In this document: piece after piece, positions 16,135 to 24,258 of the stretch
Layout: every line of letters begins with the position of its first letter
Numbering within the stretch: position 1 is the first letter of the stretch
NCBI GenBank assembly: GCA_902774025.1
Contig: CACYGY010000003.1
Location: forward strand, 17,480 to 81,479
Direction of reading: 5' to 3'
DNA length: 64,000 bases
Source: an uncultured Eubacteriales bacterium
Lineage (GTDB): Bacteria; Bacillota; Clostridia; Christensenellales; Aristaeellaceae
Position numbers and translations under genes: made by a program
The notes under the pieces: model-generated
The model's input: only the letters and a program-made list of their open reading frames with translations
Told to the model about the DNA's origin: nothing
Databases searched by the model: none

Positions 16135-16803
16135 ATGCAGTCTCAGCAGAAACTCATGAAGACCATGGGTTATCAGTTTCAGCATCCGGAGATTCTCCGT
16201 CGTGCGCTGACGCATCCCTCCATGGGCGGAGAGGATAACCAGCGCCTGGAATTTCTGGGGGACGCGGTGCTGCAGTATCTGGTGAGTGATCAGCTGTTCC
16301 GCTCTCATCCCGGGGATCAGGAGGGCAGTCTGACGCATTTCAGGTCACTCCTGGTGTGCGAGGAGGCTCTGAGCCTGGTGGCCCGGTCCCTGGGCATCGG
16401 TGAGGCGCTGATCATGGATCACGGGGAGGAGCTCTCCGGGGGCAGGACCAAGCCCAGCGTGCTCTGTGACGCCATGGAGGCCGTCCTGGCCGCCGTGTAT
16501 CTGGACGGAGGCATGGAAGCGGCGCGGGAGCTGATCCGTCGCTTCTGGCCGGAGCCCGAGGAGGTGCACAGGCCCCTGCAGGACAGCAAGGGAGCCCTAC
16601 AGGAGGTGCTCCAGCGGGACGGCGGGGAAACACCGGTCTATACCATTCTTTCCAGCAGCGGTCCGGTGCACGCCCCGCACTTTGAGGCTCAGGTTTCCTG
16701 GATGGGCAGGATCCTGGGCCGGGGAGATGGCGGGTCCAAAAAGGACGCGGAAAAGGCCGCGGCACTGGATGCTCTGCGGGGAATGGGGAAGGATGTGGAA
16801 TGA
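16135..16803 (+). CDS. rnc: Ribonuclease III
   Basis: RNase III signature NQRLEFLGDAVL plus a C-terminal dsRBD (SKKDAEKAAA). Confidence 0.95.
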   Translation: MQSQQKLMKTMGYQFQHPEILRRALTHPSMGGEDNQRLEFLGDAVLQYLVSDQLFRSHPGDQEGSLTHFRSLLVCEEALSLVARSLGIGEALIMDHGEELSGGRTKPSVLCDAMEAVLAAVYLDGGMEAARELIRRFWPEPEEVHRPLQDSKGALQEVLQRDGGETPVYTILSSSGPVHAPHFEAQVSWMGRILGRGDGGSKKDAEKAAALDALRGMGKDVE

Positions 16804-16807
16804 GAAG

Positions 16808-16848
16808 AGCCCCGGATTCTGTCCGGAAGGACGGGCGCCGGGGCTTTT
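16808..16848 (+). terminator. Intrinsic terminator after rnc
   Basis: Outer stem AGCCCCGG/CCGGGGCT encloses a second helix (GTCC-GGAA-GGAC), followed by TTTT. Confidence 0.7.
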
Positions 16849-16906
16849 CAGCGCGTGAAAACACACCGGCGGAAGGAATGACAGACATGCTGCCTCTGCT
16901 TCCGGA

Positions 16907-16935
16907 TTGCCAGACACTCATTTTTCCTCTATACT
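16907..16935 (+). promoter_or_regulatory. Promoter upstream of the triplicated-domain protein gene (leaves a leader of about 205 nt)
   Basis: TTGCCA, 17-nt spacer, TATACT. Confidence 0.55.
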
Positions 16936-17148
16936 GTAACGGACAGTTCCCGAAAACCAGACCTGATCGGATCCGGCACGCTCCCCTGTCCCATGGGCGA
17001 GCCCTGTCCGGAAAGATTTTTTGCCTTTCCGGGGAACAGGAGAGAAGGGGAATGCGTCCGATGAAGTGAAGGGACGGCTGACTGAAGTTCGGGAAGGAAC
17101 AGGCTGTGGTGAATGAAAAACGGATTCCGGGAAAAAAGGAGGAGCGTT

Positions 17149-19104
17149 ATGCGTAAGATTCTTGCTCTGGTCCTGGCTGCCGCCGCGCTGCTGATTCTCG
17201 CCGGCATGGCCGGGGCGGAGACCATTTCCGACATGAAATATCTGACCTTTACCATCAACGGCGAGCACTATACCCTGGGCTCCAGCCATCTCAGCGATCT
17301 GGAGGAACACGGATGGACGTATACCCGGGAGGAGGACGGAAAGTATTCCTTTGAAATCCCCGGTGAGGGAAGCTATTTCTATGCCGTGACGGCGGACGGC
17401 ACGGAGGAGACGCCCGTGGCAGGTGTGGATCTCATGTGGGCTGACGGGCTGATCAGCAGTTACCTGGGATTCTCGTCGGCGGATCCGGACCGGAGCGATG
17501 AGTTCTGGACCATGCTTGTGAACACCTATGCCGCCAGCGAAACGGATGAGGGACACCTGCTTGCCATGATCCCCGTGTCCCGGGGAAAGACTGTGCTGGT
17601 GGAGACGGCAGACGTCCGGGTCAGCCTCGGACTGTATGACGGGGTCATTCCCGGAAGCCAGGTGGTCAGGGTGCCGGAACAGGATTTCTCCACCCTGGCC
17701 ATGGAAGGTTATACCTGCAGCTACCATCCCGACGCGGGCATGACCATTTTCCTCGATAAAAAGGAACAGGTGCCCTATGTGAACATCAATCGGGTTGAGA
17801 CACGTTCCTTTGACGCGAAGACCTATCTGACCGTGACCCTGGAAAAACAGATGCGGGATTCCTGGGGTGCGGATTATCTCGGGGCCGGCAATTATGAAAC
17901 CATTCAACTGGCGGGCAGGGCCATGCATGCCAGGCTGTACGCCTACAGGGCCGGCGGACAGGCAATCTGTTCCTATGTGGTGCTGGATCAGCGGCCGGAC
18001 AGCGTTGTCCGCTATGAGGGAAGGTACCTGGACGGGCAGGAAATGACCATGTACGGCGTTCTGGGCATTGCTGCCGTTTGCTACCGTCCGGATGCGTATT
18101 TCTACGATCCGGAACCTGCCCTCACCGGTGAAATGGACACGATTGTCTGTGCGCAGCAGGGATTCTCGGTTCGGGCTCCCGGGAATTATGCCTGTGAAGT
18201 GGATCCCCAGGACGGTGTGACCTTCTACACGGAAAGGGAAGGGAGCATTCCCTGGGTCAGCGTGACCCGTGCCGGCAACCTGTATGATTCCCGGGAACTG
18301 GTCCGGGAAACGGTCACGCCCAATATCCGGAAACAGTACGGTGAGGATCTCCTCAGTGCGGAAGTGTATGATAGCTATCCCCTGGGAGGACGGGACATGA
18401 CCATCGGCGTTTACCGGTACCGCCTGCAGGATCACATCGTGGAGATGGTGCGGGCGTACGAGGCCAGAGATGGTCATACGGTGATGTACTGTGCCAAATA
18501 TCTGCTGGATGAGGGAGAAAAGCCTCTGAAGCTGCTTCAGACCCTGGCTTCCACCTACCATACGGAGGGCCGGATGGCGCCCATGGAGTCCGGCACGGCC
18601 AGTGAAGCGCGGGCGTCCGGGAAAACCTCTGACATTCCGGAAGGCTACGGCGTGATCTCCGTGCCTGAAATGGAGTTTTCCACCCTGGCCCTGAAGGAAT
18701 ACCCCTGGACCTGGGACAGGAGCAACGGCGTGACCATTTATACCCGGCGGGAAAACAGCATCCCCTATGTCCTGGTCTTTCGCTCCGAGGACTGGCTGGT
18801 GGATGTGGCGGATTACATGCATGAGCAGTACACGCCCAGGATCCGGAAGCAGTACGGGGATGACCTGATTAGCGTGGAGGAGCATGTCCACTATACCCTG
18901 GGAGGACGGGACATGCCCGCGGCCATTTACACCTACAGGCTGCAGGGATACACAGTGATCATGATCCGGGCCTGGGACACTCAGGATGGTCATACGGTGG
19001 TCTTTACCGCAAAGTATGTGAAGGGCGAGGGCGAAAAGACCCTGCAGGCACTGGAGGACGCGGTGCGCAATTACAGGCCGGGTGCCCATGCCTGGGAAGA
19101 ATGA
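17149..19104 (+). CDS. Secreted protein with a thrice-repeated domain of about 140 aa, function unknown
   Basis: Signal peptide MRKILALVLAAAALLILAGMAGA. Three homologous units are encoded at approx. 17665-18090, 18142-18567 and 18655-19080 (for example TPNIRKQYGEDLLS...LGGRDM...YRYRLQ...DGHTV versus TPRIRKQYGDDLIS...LGGRDM...YTYRLQ...DGHTV). ATG 17149 lies 5 nt after AAGGAGGAG; ATG 17113 is an alternative start. Confidence 0.7.
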   Translation: MRKILALVLAAAALLILAGMAGAETISDMKYLTFTINGEHYTLGSSHLSDLEEHGWTYTREEDGKYSFEIPGEGSYFYAVTADGTEETPVAGVDLMWADGLISSYLGFSSADPDRSDEFWTMLVNTYAASETDEGHLLAMIPVSRGKTVLVETADVRVSLGLYDGVIPGSQVVRVPEQDFSTLAMEGYTCSYHPDAGMTIFLDKKEQVPYVNINRVETRSFDAKTYLTVTLEKQMRDSWGADYLGAGNYETIQLAGRAMHARLYAYRAGGQAICSYVVLDQRPDSVVRYEGRYLDGQEMTMYGVLGIAAVCYRPDAYFYDPEPALTGEMDTIVCAQQGFSVRAPGNYACEVDPQDGVTFYTEREGSIPWVSVTRAGNLYDSRELVRETVTPNIRKQYGEDLLSAEVYDSYPLGGRDMTIGVYRYRLQDHIVEMVRAYEARDGHTVMYCAKYLLDEGEKPLKLLQTLASTYHTEGRMAPMESGTASEARASGKTSDIPEGYGVISVPEMEFSTLALKEYPWTWDRSNGVTIYTRRENSIPYVLVFRSEDWLVDVADYMHEQYTPRIRKQYGDDLISVEEHVHYTLGGRDMPAAIYTYRLQGYTVIMIRAWDTQDGHTVVFTAKYVKGEGEKTLQALEDAVRNYRPGAHAWEE

Positions 19105-19112
19105 GGTGACGG

Positions 19113-19646
19113 ATGGCTTTTCAGCTGACCAACCGGGTGCAGAGGGATGAGGAAGGCGCCTACCGATGGATCTATGAAATGGATATGATGCGGAACAAAT
19201 CCATTCTGATGGTTTTCTTCAAATACCTGGTGCCCATCTTTCTGGTGATCTCCGCCGCAGGCGCGCTGATGGGAATGTTTCCCCTCTGGTTCGGCCTTCT
19301 GATTCTTACGGGTCTTATGGCTCTTCTCACCGGCGGGTACTTTATCGTGGCCATGATGCGCAGAGGCAGAAAGAGAACGCCCTTCTACATGGACGATATT
19401 CAGATATCCATGAGCGCGGACAGGCCGCGGAAAATACCCGCGCACCCCGGGTCACCCCGGTACGGACTGTGCCGCTTTGAGGCCGTACGCAGTATCCGGA
19501 CCTTTCCGGAGTATGACATGATTGAGCTGACGGCGGGGACGCCCTATCAGATGTACGTGCCGAGGGAGGATTATGATATGGTTCTGGATCATGTCCTGAG
19601 TCATGTCAGTGAAAATGTCAGGGAGAAATATCGCAGAAGGACATGA
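19113..19646 (+). CDS. Two-helix membrane protein, function unknown
   Basis: Starts 8 nt after the preceding stop with a GAGGTGA SD. Two hydrophobic helices (res 30-80) are followed by a soluble tail of about 90 aa. A strong terminator follows. Confidence 0.55.
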   Translation: MAFQLTNRVQRDEEGAYRWIYEMDMMRNKSILMVFFKYLVPIFLVISAAGALMGMFPLWFGLLILTGLMALLTGGYFIVAMMRRGRKRTPFYMDDIQISMSADRPRKIPAHPGSPRYGLCRFEAVRSIRTFPEYDMIELTAGTPYQMYVPREDYDMVLDHVLSHVSENVREKYRRRT

Positions 19647-19680
19647 GAAAAGCCGCGGTTCGCCGCGGCTTTTCTCATTT
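19645..19680 (+). terminator. Intrinsic terminator after the 19113-19646 gene
   Basis: 14-bp stem GAGAAAAGCCGCGG-TTCG-CCGCGGCTTTTCTC followed by ATTT. Confidence 0.8.
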
Positions 19681-19900
19681 GGAATCCGTCAGGAGAAAGG
19701 AGGGGGGGAGGCAAAGGTGAAACAGATCGGGTGTCCGGAGGAGGCCATGTGCCGACCCGCATGGAAAAGAACCTGCCCGGGACAGCTTTTCCCGGATGTT
19801 CCTCTGAGGGAACCCCGATGCAGCCGGTTCAGACCCGGGTCCTGTCCTGCGGAAAGGATTGCGTATCCCGGATCGGCCCTTTCAGCCTCCGAGCCCTTTT

Positions 19901-19929
19901 TTGACAGGGGATCGGAGAGTGGCTATAAT
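19901..19929 (+). promoter_or_regulatory. Consensus promoter of the panT-like/coaX/hom unit
   Basis: TTGACA, 17-nt spacer, TATAAT (both hexamers perfect). Confidence 0.75.
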
Positions 19930-20028
19930 GCATCAGGCTCTTCCGCCGGAAGCCAAGGCGCCGGACGGAACATGGGGCCGAGAAAATGGAGCAACAGGTA
20001 TCCGAAAGGAACCTGATTGGAGGCAGGC

Positions 20029-20643
20029 ATGAAAAAAAGAAGAAATTCCGTTTACAAACTGACACTGTATGGCATGCTGATCGCTGTTCTGGTGGTTCTT
20101 GCCATGGTGAACATCCCGCAGCCCGCGGGCCTGTCCATCACCTTCAACATGATTCCGGTGGCCATCGCGGCCATCGCGGGGGGCGTGGAAGGCGGCGCCG
20201 TGGTGGGCGGGGCCTTTGGTCTGATCAGTTTTCTGCAGTGTTTCGGGATCCTTGGGTACAGCGCCATGGGCGCGGCTCTGGTCGGCGTCAGCCCGGTGCT
20301 CATGTTCGTGCAGCGTTTTGTGTCCCGTCTTCTGGTGGGCATCCTGGTGGCCGTGATCCATGGTTTTCTGAAGAAGAGAGCCGTAAGGAATTTTGTGCGT
20401 TATTCCATTGCCGGCTTTGCGGCGGCTTTCCTGAACACACTGTTCTTCATGAGCCTGCTGGTGCTCCTGTTCGGATCCACGGAGTACATGCAGACGAGCA
20501 TGGGCGGTCAGGGTTTTCTCGCCTTTGTGATCTCAGCCACAGGGGTGAATGCGCTGGTGGAGATGATCGTTTCCACGCTGGTAACGGGAGCTGTGGCCAT
20601 GGCGCTGGATCATTCCAGACTGATGAATATCAAAGGAGCCTGA
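20029..20643 (+). CDS. ECF transporter S component, pantothenate type inferred from linkage to coaX
   Basis: About 204 aa and six helices. ATG 20029 lies 5 nt after GGAGG. The stop is 1 nt before the coaX start. Confidence 0.65.
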   Translation: MKKRRNSVYKLTLYGMLIAVLVVLAMVNIPQPAGLSITFNMIPVAIAAIAGGVEGGAVVGGAFGLISFLQCFGILGYSAMGAALVGVSPVLMFVQRFVSRLLVGILVAVIHGFLKKRAVRNFVRYSIAGFAAAFLNTLFFMSLLVLLFGSTEYMQTSMGGQGFLAFVISATGVNALVEMIVSTLVTGAVAMALDHSRLMNIKGA

Positions 20644-20644
20644 C

Positions 20645-21430
20645 ATGATCTTTACAATGGACGTGGGCAATACCAACATCAAGATGGGTCTGTTTGAGGG
20701 GGAAAAGATGGTGCGGTACTGGCGTCTGGCCACAAACCGGACCAGCACCAGTGACGAGTACGGCATCCTGGTGTCCAGTCTGTTCCAGAACAGCCATCTG
20801 GAGATGGGAGACGTGCGGGGCATTATTGTTTCCAGCGTGGTTCCCACCGTGAATTTTACCGTGGAACACATGTGCAATGATTATTTCGGCCTGATTCCCA
20901 TGTTTGTCATGCCTGGGGTGCGTACGGGCATGAACATCCTCTATGAGAATCCCCAGGCCCTGGGAAGCGACCGGATATGCAATGCTGTGGCGGCGCTGGC
21001 GGAGTATGGATCCCCCTGTATTTTCATTGATTTCGGCACGGCCACAACCTTCGGGGTGATCAATGAAAAGGGCAGTTTTGCGGGGGGCTGTATCTGTCCC
21101 GGCATTAAGATTGCCAGCGAGGCCCTGGTGCAGGGCACTTCCAAGCTTCCCAATTTCGAGCTGGTGTGGCCGGAGTCGGTGATTGGCCGGAACACCATTT
21201 CCAATCTGCAGTCCGGCATGCTTTATGGATTTGTGGGACAGGTGGAGTATCTGATTCACCGCATGAAGAAGGAACTGGGGGCCGAAGCCCGGGTGGTGGC
21301 CACAGGCGGCATGGCGCGGATGATCGCCTCCAAGACGCAGGCCATTGACTGTATCGACGGCTTACTGACCCTGAAAGGACTGCGCCTGATTTATGAGCGC
21401 AATCTGGACACTGCCCGGGGAGGCAACTGA
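20645..21430 (+). CDS. coaX: Type III pantothenate kinase
   Basis: N-terminal MIFTMDVGNTNIKMGLF (the DxGNT motif of CoaX), a later GTATT, and a length of about 261 aa. Confidence 0.9.
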   Translation: MIFTMDVGNTNIKMGLFEGEKMVRYWRLATNRTSTSDEYGILVSSLFQNSHLEMGDVRGIIVSSVVPTVNFTVEHMCNDYFGLIPMFVMPGVRTGMNILYENPQALGSDRICNAVAALAEYGSPCIFIDFGTATTFGVINEKGSFAGGCICPGIKIASEALVQGTSKLPNFELVWPESVIGRNTISNLQSGMLYGFVGQVEYLIHRMKKELGAEARVVATGGMARMIASKTQAIDCIDGLLTLKGLRLIYERNLDTARGGN

Positions 21431-21433
21431 GCA

Positions 21434-22708
21434 ATGAAAAGGATTCGTGTGGGTTTTCTGGGCTGCGGCAATGTGGGGGGCGGCGTATACCGTCTGCTGG
21501 AGGGTTTCCGGGAGGAAATTCTGCACCGCTACGGGCTGCAGATTGACGTGGAGAAGATTCTGGTCCGGAACGTCACAAAGCCCAGAAGCGTGGAGATTCC
21601 GGAGTGCATGCTGACGGAGGATCCCGGCGAGGTGCTGGAAAATCCGGATATTGCCTTTGTCCTTGAATTCATGGGAGGCGAAGAGCCTGCCACGGCGTAC
21701 ATGCTCCGGGCATTGAAGGCGGGGAAAACCGTGGTGACGGCCAACAAGGTAGCCCTGGCCATGAACTGGCACCTGCTCCAGAAGGCGGCGATGGAGCATG
21801 GTTGCGGGCTTTACTATGAGGCCAGCGTGGGAGGAGCCATTCCGGTGATTTCCACCCTGTCCACATCTCTCAGGGCCAACAGGATTGAAAAGGTCATGGC
21901 CATTATCAACGGGACCACCAACTATATTCTCTCCCGGATGGCTCGGGAGGGGCAGAGTTATGAAACGGTGCTCAGGGATGCCCAGAGGCTGGGCCTGGCG
22001 GAACCGGACCCGGCCAGTGACGTGGACGGGATTGACGCGGCCTGTAAGCTCTCCATCATGGCTTCCCTGGCCTTTCACTGCCGGGTGACCTATCCTCAGA
22101 TCTACCGGGAGGGCATTACGGAAATCAGTGACGTGGATATCCGCATGGGCCGGGAAATGGGTCTGACGCTGAAGCCCCTGGCCCTGGCCAAGCGGGAGGG
22201 GGATACACTGGAAATCCGGGTGCACCCCGCTTTTCTGCCCGCTTCCCATCCTCTGTCCTCCGTGGACGGAAGCTTCAATGCCGTGTATATCCATGGCCAT
22301 GCCTGCGGAGACATGATGCTTCAGGGCCGGGGGGCCGGGGATATGCCCACAGCCTCCGCGGTGGTGGGGGATCTGCTGCAGGCGGCCATGGTGGAAAAGC
22401 ACATGCATCCCACCTTTGCCAATACGGCTGAACCGGACAGCAGCCTGGTGTTTACGGACAACTGGAAGACCCGGTACTATATCCGTCTCAGTGCCATGGA
22501 TGCCGTGGGTGTGCTGGCGCGGGTGGCGGACTGCTTCGCGGAAAAGAATGTCTCCATCGCCTCCATGGTGCAGAAGGATGCGGCGGAGGGCCGGGTGATG
22601 CTGATCCTGGTCACGCATGAGGCGCCGGAGCACGCTCTGGCCTCCGCTGTGGCCGCCCTGGATCCCCGGAAGGTTCAGGTGCAGAGCGTCATCCGGGTGG
22701 AATCCTGA
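21434..22708 (+). CDS. hom: Homoserine dehydrogenase with a C-terminal ACT domain
   Basis: N-terminal Rossmann motif VGFLGCGNVGGGV, central NGTTNYIL, and a C-terminal ACT-like segment YYIRLSAMDAVGVLARV. Confidence 0.9.
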   Translation: MKRIRVGFLGCGNVGGGVYRLLEGFREEILHRYGLQIDVEKILVRNVTKPRSVEIPECMLTEDPGEVLENPDIAFVLEFMGGEEPATAYMLRALKAGKTVVTANKVALAMNWHLLQKAAMEHGCGLYYEASVGGAIPVISTLSTSLRANRIEKVMAIINGTTNYILSRMAREGQSYETVLRDAQRLGLAEPDPASDVDGIDAACKLSIMASLAFHCRVTYPQIYREGITEISDVDIRMGREMGLTLKPLALAKREGDTLEIRVHPAFLPASHPLSSVDGSFNAVYIHGHACGDMMLQGRGAGDMPTASAVVGDLLQAAMVEKHMHPTFANTAEPDSSLVFTDNWKTRYYIRLSAMDAVGVLARVADCFAEKNVSIASMVQKDAAEGRVMLILVTHEAPEHALASAVAALDPRKVQVQSVIRVES

Positions 22709-22741
22709 AAAAACGGAACCCGCAATCCGGGTTCCGTTTTC
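22709..22741. terminator. Bidirectional terminator between hom and the GPH symporter gene
   Basis: ACGGAACCCG-CAATC-CGGGTTCCGT flanked by AAAAA and TTTT. Confidence 0.8.
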
Positions 22742-22750
22742 TGATACCGT

Positions 22751-24220
22751 TCAGTTTTTCCGCGCCTCCAGTTCCCTGCGGATCCGGTCATACTCCTTTT
22801 CGTCCAGGAAATACTTCCGCCGGTAGATCAGGAAAGCGGCAAGCATGAAGCCAAAGGAGAGAAGGACCATGACCAGGAGAAGCCCCGCGGTCTGTTTCCT
22901 GCTGACGGATGAAAGAATTTCGTCAATGGCGGCGAGCTTCTCCGCTTCCGTGATATGGTCAGAGGCGGCCTGGTTTTCCAGAAAGGAAATCTGATTGGTG
23001 TATCCGGTGACATTGAAAATCAGGTAGGTGAAGGAAGTGAGGAACACGCTCAGGGCCAGGCTCAGTTTTGTGACAAAGGGGCGCAGGGATGCGATGAGGG
23101 TTTCCTCGCGTCTTCCGAAACGATATTCATTGTATTCCACCGTGTTGAGGATGGAGAGAATCGCGACGAGGCAGAAGCCGTACTGCCCGAAACTGCCCAG
23201 CATGCCGCCGGCGGTGAGCACCCAGAATCCCGCCGCGGCCTGTCCGAAAGCCAGGGAAGCGACCATCAGGACATAGCCCAGGCCCGCAGTGAGGATCAGA
23301 AGGTGCAGGAGTCTTTTCCGCCCCAGTCTCCGGCTGATGGCGGGATAGAAGATCATCAGGATGGCGGTGGCGGACAGGCTGACGATGGTGAAGGTGGAAT
23401 ACAGGCCGCCCCGGTAGCCGAAGGTGAAATAGATGTAGGTGGAAGCGATGCCCCCCGAGATGATGCCGGTTCCCATCTGCTGAAGGAAGAGGAACAGGGA
23501 AGCCCACAGAAGCTGATCATTGCGCAGGATGGCATTCAGGATTCTCCGGAAGGACACAGGCTCCGGGGCATTCTGATTCTGTACCCGGTCTTCCTTCACG
23601 CCCAGAAGCGTGAAAAGCTGAAAAAGAGGAGCCAGGATACAGATGATCAGGGCCACCAGACCGAACCCGGTGCGGGCGTTGCCTCCCAGGGCGGTGCGCC
23701 CGGTGGTGAACATGGGAATGGTGACGCTGGCCACGGCCGTGCCAATGCCGGCGCACAGGACTGTCCTGGAGGTGAGCTGATCCCGGATGCCGCTGTCCCG
23801 GGAAAGGGCGGGAATCATGCCCCAGTACGCGATGTCGTTCATGGTGAAGGTTATACTGTAGGCAAAGTAACACAGGCCGAAGGCGGCGACAAAAGGCCAG
23901 CCGTTCAGGGAAGTGTTGAAGAGGAAGATGACCACCAGGGATGTGAGCACGGCGCCCGAGGCCAGCCAGGGCTTGAACTTGCCCCATCGGGAACGGGTGC
24001 GCTCGATGATGCCGCCCATGAAGGGGTCATTCAGGGCGTCAAAGAGGCGGGCTGCCACCATAATGACGCTGATGGCCCCCAGCTGCGGGGCGGTCAGTTC
24101 CCGGGTGAACATGGAATAGGTCAGGAGATAATTTGCGATGAGCACATAGAGCATGTCCCGCCCCGTGGTGCCCAGGGGATAAAACCAGAGATTGCGCCTT
24201 TCGCGCTGACGGCCGTTCAT
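22751..24220 (-). CDS. Glycoside-pentoside-hexuronide (GPH) family cation symporter
   Basis: Twelve-helix protein with the GPH N-terminal pattern YPLGTTGRDMLYVL...RLFDALNDPFMGGIIERTRSRWGKFKPW. ATG 24220 is preceded by GGAGGGA; the upstream part of the track ORF is Arg-rich noise. Confidence 0.85.
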   Translation of the reverse strand: MNGRQRERRNLWFYPLGTTGRDMLYVLIANYLLTYSMFTRELTAPQLGAISVIMVAARLFDALNDPFMGGIIERTRSRWGKFKPWLASGAVLTSLVVIFLFNTSLNGWPFVAAFGLCYFAYSITFTMNDIAYWGMIPALSRDSGIRDQLTSRTVLCAGIGTAVASVTIPMFTTGRTALGGNARTGFGLVALIICILAPLFQLFTLLGVKEDRVQNQNAPEPVSFRRILNAILRNDQLLWASLFLFLQQMGTGIISGGIASTYIYFTFGYRGGLYSTFTIVSLSATAILMIFYPAISRRLGRKRLLHLLILTAGLGYVLMVASLAFGQAAAGFWVLTAGGMLGSFGQYGFCLVAILSILNTVEYNEYRFGRREETLIASLRPFVTKLSLALSVFLTSFTYLIFNVTGYTNQISFLENQAASDHITEAEKLAAIDEILSSVSRKQTAGLLLVMVLLSFGFMLAAFLIYRRKYFLDEKEYDRIRRELEARKN

Positions 24221-24258
24221 GTCTGAGTCTTCCCTCCAGCAAGGCAGGACATCGCGCC

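Noticed and set aside
17052-17069. The five-codon mini-ORF (MRPMK) as a regulatory leader peptide.
   Set aside because: Noted within the leader finding, but a 5-aa ORF with an SD-like purine run can easily occur by chance. There is no cognate amino-acid logic and no terminator to couple it to, so it is not reported as a gene.
16918-19089. A 723-aa minus-strand ORF opposite the triplicated-domain gene.
   Set aside because: It is another codon-register shadow ORF with a Gly/His/Pro/Arg-rich product. The plus-strand product has a signal peptide, an SD and an internally repeated domain structure.
19681-19760. A GTCAGGAGAA / CCGGAGGAGG stretch that superficially recalls the SRP RNA domain IV motif.
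   Set aside because: The conserved GGAAGCAGCC-type continuation and the complementary strand of helix 8 are absent, and no flanking helices can be drawn.
19603-20016. A 137-aa ORF covering the gap before the panT-like gene.
   Set aside because: It starts inside the preceding gene and crosses that gene's terminator and the perfect TTGACA/TATAAT promoter. Its composition is Cys/Pro/Arg/Gly-rich and it has no SD.
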